DNA from: an uncultured Gemmataceae bacterium
GTDB taxonomy: Bacteria > Planctomycetota > Planctomycetia > Gemmatales > Gemmataceae
Length of the DNA stretch: 64,000 nt
Direction: 5' to 3'
Assembly: GCA_963750165.1 (NCBI GenBank)
Contig: CAVVPN010000012.1
Span: 192,001-256,000, forward strand
In this document: positions 59,665-64,000 of the stretch, one piece after another
Numbering within the stretch: the first letter of the stretch is position 1
How the letters are laid out: each line of letters starts with the position of its first letter
Notes under the pieces: generated by a model
Database searches by the model: none
Seen by the model: only the letters and a program-made list of their open reading frames with translations
Told to the model about the DNA's origin: nothing
Made by a program: the position numbers and the translations under genes

Positions 59665-60075
59665 TCACGCCCCGGGTTCCTCTTCCGTCGCCCCGTGCTC
59701 GTCCGGTCCCGCCTCCGGCGCTGGCTTGTGGTGTTCGGCCAGCGCCTCGTTAATCAGGCGGGTGATCTCGATGCTCTTCTTGACCCCTTCGTCCACGACG
59801 AAGCTGATCTGCGGCGTGAAGCGCATTTTCAGCCGGCTGGCCAGTTTCGACTGGATGAAGCCGGTTGAATGCTTCAGGCCGTGCAGACAAAGTTGCTGCT
59901 GCTTGGGAGTGCCCATGAGTGAGACGTACACCTTGGCGTGTTGCAGGTCCGCGGACACCTCAACGCGCGTCACGGTGACGCCCTTGATGCGCGGGTCTTT
60001 CATCTCGAACAAAATGGTCTCGGCGGCCACCTCGCGGACGACCTCGGCAACGCGAGCGGTGCGGTGGGTCTTCAT
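59665..60075 (-). CDS. rbfA: 30S ribosome-binding factor A
   Basis: KDPRI..VTVTRVEVSADL.HAKVYVS, MRFTP. Confidence 0.95.
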   Translation of the reverse strand: MKTHRTARVAEVVREVAAETILFEMKDPRIKGVTVTRVEVSADLQHAKVYVSLMGTPKQQQLCLHGLKHSTGFIQSKLASRLKMRFTPQISFVVDEGVKKSIEITRLINEALAEHHKPAPEAGPDEHGATEEEPGA

Positions 60076-60362
60076 GGTTGCCGTTCCACCTCTAACTCGT
60101 GTTGCAGGAACTCCGCGACCGGATGGCCGCGCAGCGCCTCGACAATGTGGCCCAGCGCCGCCTTGACGCTCTGGGCATCAGGACCGACCATCGCCACGCC
60201 GAGTTCCGCGAGGCGGCGGTCGTCCAGATAGTCAACCTCGGCAACCGAGACGTTGAACTGGTTGCGCAATCGATCCTTGATGCTCTGTAGCACCTGGCGT
60301 TTGTCCTTCAGGGTGCGTGCCTCCCGCACCAGCAGGCGCACGCGCAGAGTGCCTATGTGCAT
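60072..60362 (-). CDS. DUF503 (YlxP-like) protein
   Basis: TLKDKRQV..SIKDRLRNQFNVSVAEV; position between infB and rbfA. Confidence 0.92.
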   Translation of the reverse strand: MHIGTLRVRLLVREARTLKDKRQVLQSIKDRLRNQFNVSVAEVDYLDDRRLAELGVAMVGPDAQSVKAALGHIVEALRGHPVAEFLQHELEVERQP

Positions 60363-60364
60363 AG

Positions 60365-60411
60365 TAGTCATTAGTCATTAGTCATTAGTCATTTGACTAA
60401 TGACTAATGAC
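60365..60411. repeat. inverted heptamer array (TAGTCAT)4 / (TGACTAA)2
   Basis: Read directly; same unit as the 45342 array. Confidence 0.92.
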
Positions 60412-60420
60412 CAAAGCACG

Positions 60421-63400
60421 CTACAGCGTGCGAACCACCTGGTCCACGCGGTACGCCTCGATCACGTCGCCGACCTTGACATCATCGTAGCCGGCGATCT
60501 TGATGCCGCACTCGAAGCCCTCGCGCACCTCGGAGGCGTCCTCCTTGAAGCGCTTGAGCGATTCGAGGCCGGCACTGCGGTCCGCCGGCGGGAAGATGAC
60601 CACGCCCTCGCGGATCAAGCGCACCTTGGCGGAGCGCTTGATGTTGCCCTGCGTGACGTAACAGCCCGCGATGGTGCCCACCCGGCTGATGCGGAAGGTC
60701 TCGCGCACCACCGCCCGGCCGAGGTGAACCACCTCCTCGCGCGGCTTCAGCTTCCCTTCCAGCGCCGCGCGCACGTCGTTCGTCAGGTTGTAAATGATGT
60801 TGTACTGCAGGATCTTGACGCCGCGCTCCTCGGCCAGGGCCAGGGCGCGGTCGTCCGGCACCGCGTTGAAGCCGACGATCAGCGTGTCCTGCGGCGAAGT
60901 CAGCGCCAGCCACACGTCGTTCTCCGTGATGGCCCCGATGGCGGCCTCCAGGACGCGGACGCGCACCTCCGCGTGCGTCAACTTGTCCATTTCCTTGCGG
61001 ATCGCCTCGATGGAGCCGCGCGTGTCCGCCTTCAGGATGATCTTCAACTCGGCGACCTTCGCCTGCGTCAGCATGTCCAGCGTGATCGGGACGCGTGGGT
61101 CGAACGACGCCGCATGCTGCTTCATGCGCCGCTTCTCGGCCACCTCGCGGGCCACCGCCAGGTCGGGCACCACCTGGAACGCGTCGTCCGCGTTGGGGGC
61201 AGTGTCCAGGCCGGTGATGCGGACGGGGATGCTTGGGCCGGCCTCCTGCAGCGCCCGTCCCATGTCGTCGTACATCTGCCGCACGCGCCCGTAGGCCGAA
61301 CCGCAGAGCACCACGTCGCCGCGGCGCAGCGTGCCTTCCTGAATCAGCAGCGTCGCCCGGACGCCCTCGTCCTCGCTGAGCATCACTTCCAGACAGGTGC
61401 CGTTGGCCGGTTTATTCGGGTTGGCCTTGAGTTCCTTCAACTCGGCCACGATCGAAATCTGGTCAAGCAACTCGTCGATGCCCTTGCCGGTGGCGGCGCT
61501 GGTTTCGACGAACGGCGTGTCACCGCCCATGTTGTCAGGCAGCACGTTCAGGCCGTAGAGCTGCTGCCGCGTGCGGTTGACGTTGGCGTTGGGCAGGTCC
61601 ACCTTGTTGATGGCCACCACCAGTGAGACGCCGGCCGCCTTGGCGTGGTTGATCGCCTCCTCGGTCTGCGGCATGACGCCGTCCTCGGCCGCCACCACGA
61701 TGACGGCAATGTCCGTGACGTTCGCACCGCGGGCGCGCATCTTGGTGAACGCCTCGTGGCCGGGTGTATCCAGGAAGGTGATCGGCCGGCCGCCGTGATC
61801 GACGCGCCAGGCGCGGATGACCTGCGTGATGCCGCCCGCCTCGGTGTCAACCACTTTGGTATTGCGGATGCGGTCCAGCAGCGACGTCTTGCCGTGATCG
61901 ACGTGGCCCATGATCGTGACGATCGGGGCCCGCGGCACCAGCGTTTCCGGCGCGTCTTCCTTGTGCAAGTCCTCGTTCAGCTGGTCCTCGGCGTCCGCCG
62001 CCTTCTTGATGTCCAGCTCGCGGCCGAAGTCCAGCGCGATCAACTCGGCGGTCTGCGGGTCCAGCCCCGAGTTGATGCTCATGCCGGCGCCCATGCCGTG
62101 GCTCATCAACTTGAACAGCAGTTCGCCGGACTTGATGCCCATCGCTTCGGACAGCGAGCGGACGGTGATCGGCACGACCACCGGTACCTTGCCCTTGCGC
62201 GGCATGGTGGCCTGCTGCCGTTTTTTGATCTTGTCGCGCAGGCGGTCGCCGGGGCGGCGCACGCGCTCGTCGTCGTCCAGGGTGACGATCTTGCCGCGCT
62301 CGACGATGACCTCGCCCTCGCGCTTGCGATCCTTGGCGCGCTTGTCGCGTTCCTTGCGGCGGTCGTCGCGGCCGATGACGCCGGTCTTGGTGGCGGCGCC
62401 CTTCTTGCCCTTCTTGGCCTCGTCGTCATCGGGTACATCGACAACGGCGGTTCCGGTGTCCTTGTTCTCGGTCTGGCCCTTGATGACATCGAGGGGGTTG
62501 ACACCCTTCTCGGTCATCTCCTTGAGCATCTCCTTGGTGAAGACCATCTTGGTCTGCTGGGTGGGCTGGGCGCCAGCCCGGGCCGCCGGCTGCTGCTGGC
62601 CACCGCCGCCGGTCGGCGTCTTCTTGGGGGGTTGGGCGCCCGGCGGCCGCTGGCTCGGCGGCCGCAGCACACGCTGCCGATGGACGATACCGCCACCACC
62701 GCCACCGCCGCCCGGGCGGGGCGGGCTGTCGCCGCGCGCCTGGCCACCCCCCAGGTTGCGCACGGGCGTGGCGCTGGTGGAGGTCGGCAATCGCGGCGGC
62801 GTGGTCGGCGCCGGGGGCCGTGGCGTTGCGACCGGAGCTGAGGGGGCTGGCGGCGCGGCCGGTTCGGGCGTGCGCGGCCGCTCGGCCTCAGGGACCGGAG
62901 GTTTGACAGGTTCGGCGGTGCTTGGCGTTTTCACTGCGGCGGCTGGTGCCTCGGGAGGTTTGGGAGCGGGGGCCTGCGGGGCCTCCGGGAGTTTGGCCGC
63001 GGGGGCGCTGGGCGCGGCGACGGCGGCCGGGGCGCTGCACGGTGGGCGCAGCCGGCACGGACGGAGGTGGAACGGGGGCGACGGTTGGCCGCGCGGCCTC
63101 CGCAATCTGAGCGGCGGGTGCGGTCACCGCGGGCGCGACCAGCGGCGTCGGGGCGGCGACCGGCGGTGCGGTTGGGGCCGGCGGCGGCGTGCGCACGGGC
63201 TCGGGCGGCCGGCGGCTGTCCAGTTTACGGATCGGCTTGTTGACATCCGGCAGGACGGGAGGGGCGGACGGGCGCGGCGCGGTCGCCGTCGCAGTGGCGG
63301 CCCCGCGCTTGACGGCAGCCTCGATCTGTTCGACCTGTTTGGGGTCCAGGTTACTCAATTGGTTCTTGACATCAAGGCCGAGTTCGGTACACAGGTCGAG

Positions 63401-63466
63401 CAAATCCTTGCTCTCCATGTTTAGCTCACGCGCCAGGATGTAGACACGCACTTTGTCTTTTTGCAA
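60421..63466 (-). CDS. infB: translation initiation factor IF-2, apparent frameshift at about 63033 in the Pro/Ala linker
   Basis: KVRVY.LARELN N-terminus; [31 protein letters not shown]. Confidence 0.96.
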
Positions 63467-63659
63467 GCGGGGCTCCTCTAGGCTTCATCAGGTGGGGCGT
63501 GCGCGGCTGGGGGGCCGCGGCAAATACCCCAATTATTTATTCTAACACCATCACTTTTCTTGAAAAGGGCAGAACAACCTGCCCGGGCTTTTGCGGGGTG
63601 CCGACCCTCCCCTCTGGGGAGGGAAGGAGCGATCAGGGCGGTGGTGGCGTGCCGGTGTT

Positions 63660-64000
63660 TCATGGCTGGCCACTCGGCACTGAGTTCTCGGGGGCGGTCT
63701 CCTCGGTCGGTACGGCGACAGCATCGGGCGTTGGGGCCGGGGCCGGTTCATCGCCGAACACCTGGGCGGCGGTGAGGCGCGGCTCCTCCGGCTCGGGGGC
63801 GGCGGTGTCGGGGCCGAACAAACTCTCGGCGGTCGGTTTGTGCTCCTGCGGTTGCTGTTCCGCTGGCTCGGCGGGGCCGAAAATGTCTTCCGCCCGCGGC
63901 GCCCCAGACCGGGAAGCCGAGCCAGCCCCCGACCGGGCGACCGCCCCGGCCCGCGTTTGCTCCGTCTTGTTGGTGCGATTCTCTTCCTGCACTTCCTCCG
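63660..64000 (-). CDS. nusA: acidic disordered C-terminal tail of the gene upstream of infB, probably NusA (partial)
   Basis: Open to the window edge; identity inferred only from conserved nusA-infB synteny. Confidence 0.5.
   Translation of the reverse strand, partial: EEVQEENRTNKTEQTRAGAVARSGAGSASRSGAPRAEDIFGPAEPAEQQPQEHKPTAESLFGPDTAAPEPEEPRLTAAQVFGDEPAPAPTPDAVAVPTEETAPENSVPSGQP

Noticed and set aside
60421..63466. infB and seven other split genes as pseudogenes or programmed frameshifts
   Set aside because: infB is essential, no slippery heptamers are seen, and both halves look intact; a shared error motif explains them better.

Overview
GC-rich (roughly 68-70% by eye) bacterial DNA, very likely Planctomycetota/Gemmataceae, given the TIGR02996 repeat-companion, TIGR03000, DUF4058 and DUF1080 proteins and the lineage-typical palindromes. 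It holds about 50 CDS, mostly housekeeping or accessory: pcs, pyrD, speA, greA, csrA, mtaB, yebC, the nusA-infB-DUF503-rbfA operon, an S41 protease, an AAA+/VWA operon, glycosyltransferases and transporters. No rRNA, tRNA, CRISPR array or intact transposase was found. Highlights: (1) an HTTM (SdpB-like) plus SdpA/DUF5819-like membrane pair divergent from a secreted Gly-Cys-Tyr-repeat TIGR03000 protein with a near-consensus promoter, a candidate export-coupled modification system; (2) an ArgG homolog whose ATP-binding PP-loop is degenerate; (3) a GT-B glycosyltransferase nested inside another, with a translated REP-like palindrome at the junction; (4) about ten palindromic repeat families, including a triple-nested element and inverted heptamer arrays; (5) eight apparent frameshifts that all sit at GCGCC/GGCGC, probably motif-specific (possibly methylation-linked) sequencing errors; (6) an unannotated sigma54-driven zinc-finger microprotein. 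All family assignments come from motif recognition by eye, not from database searches.
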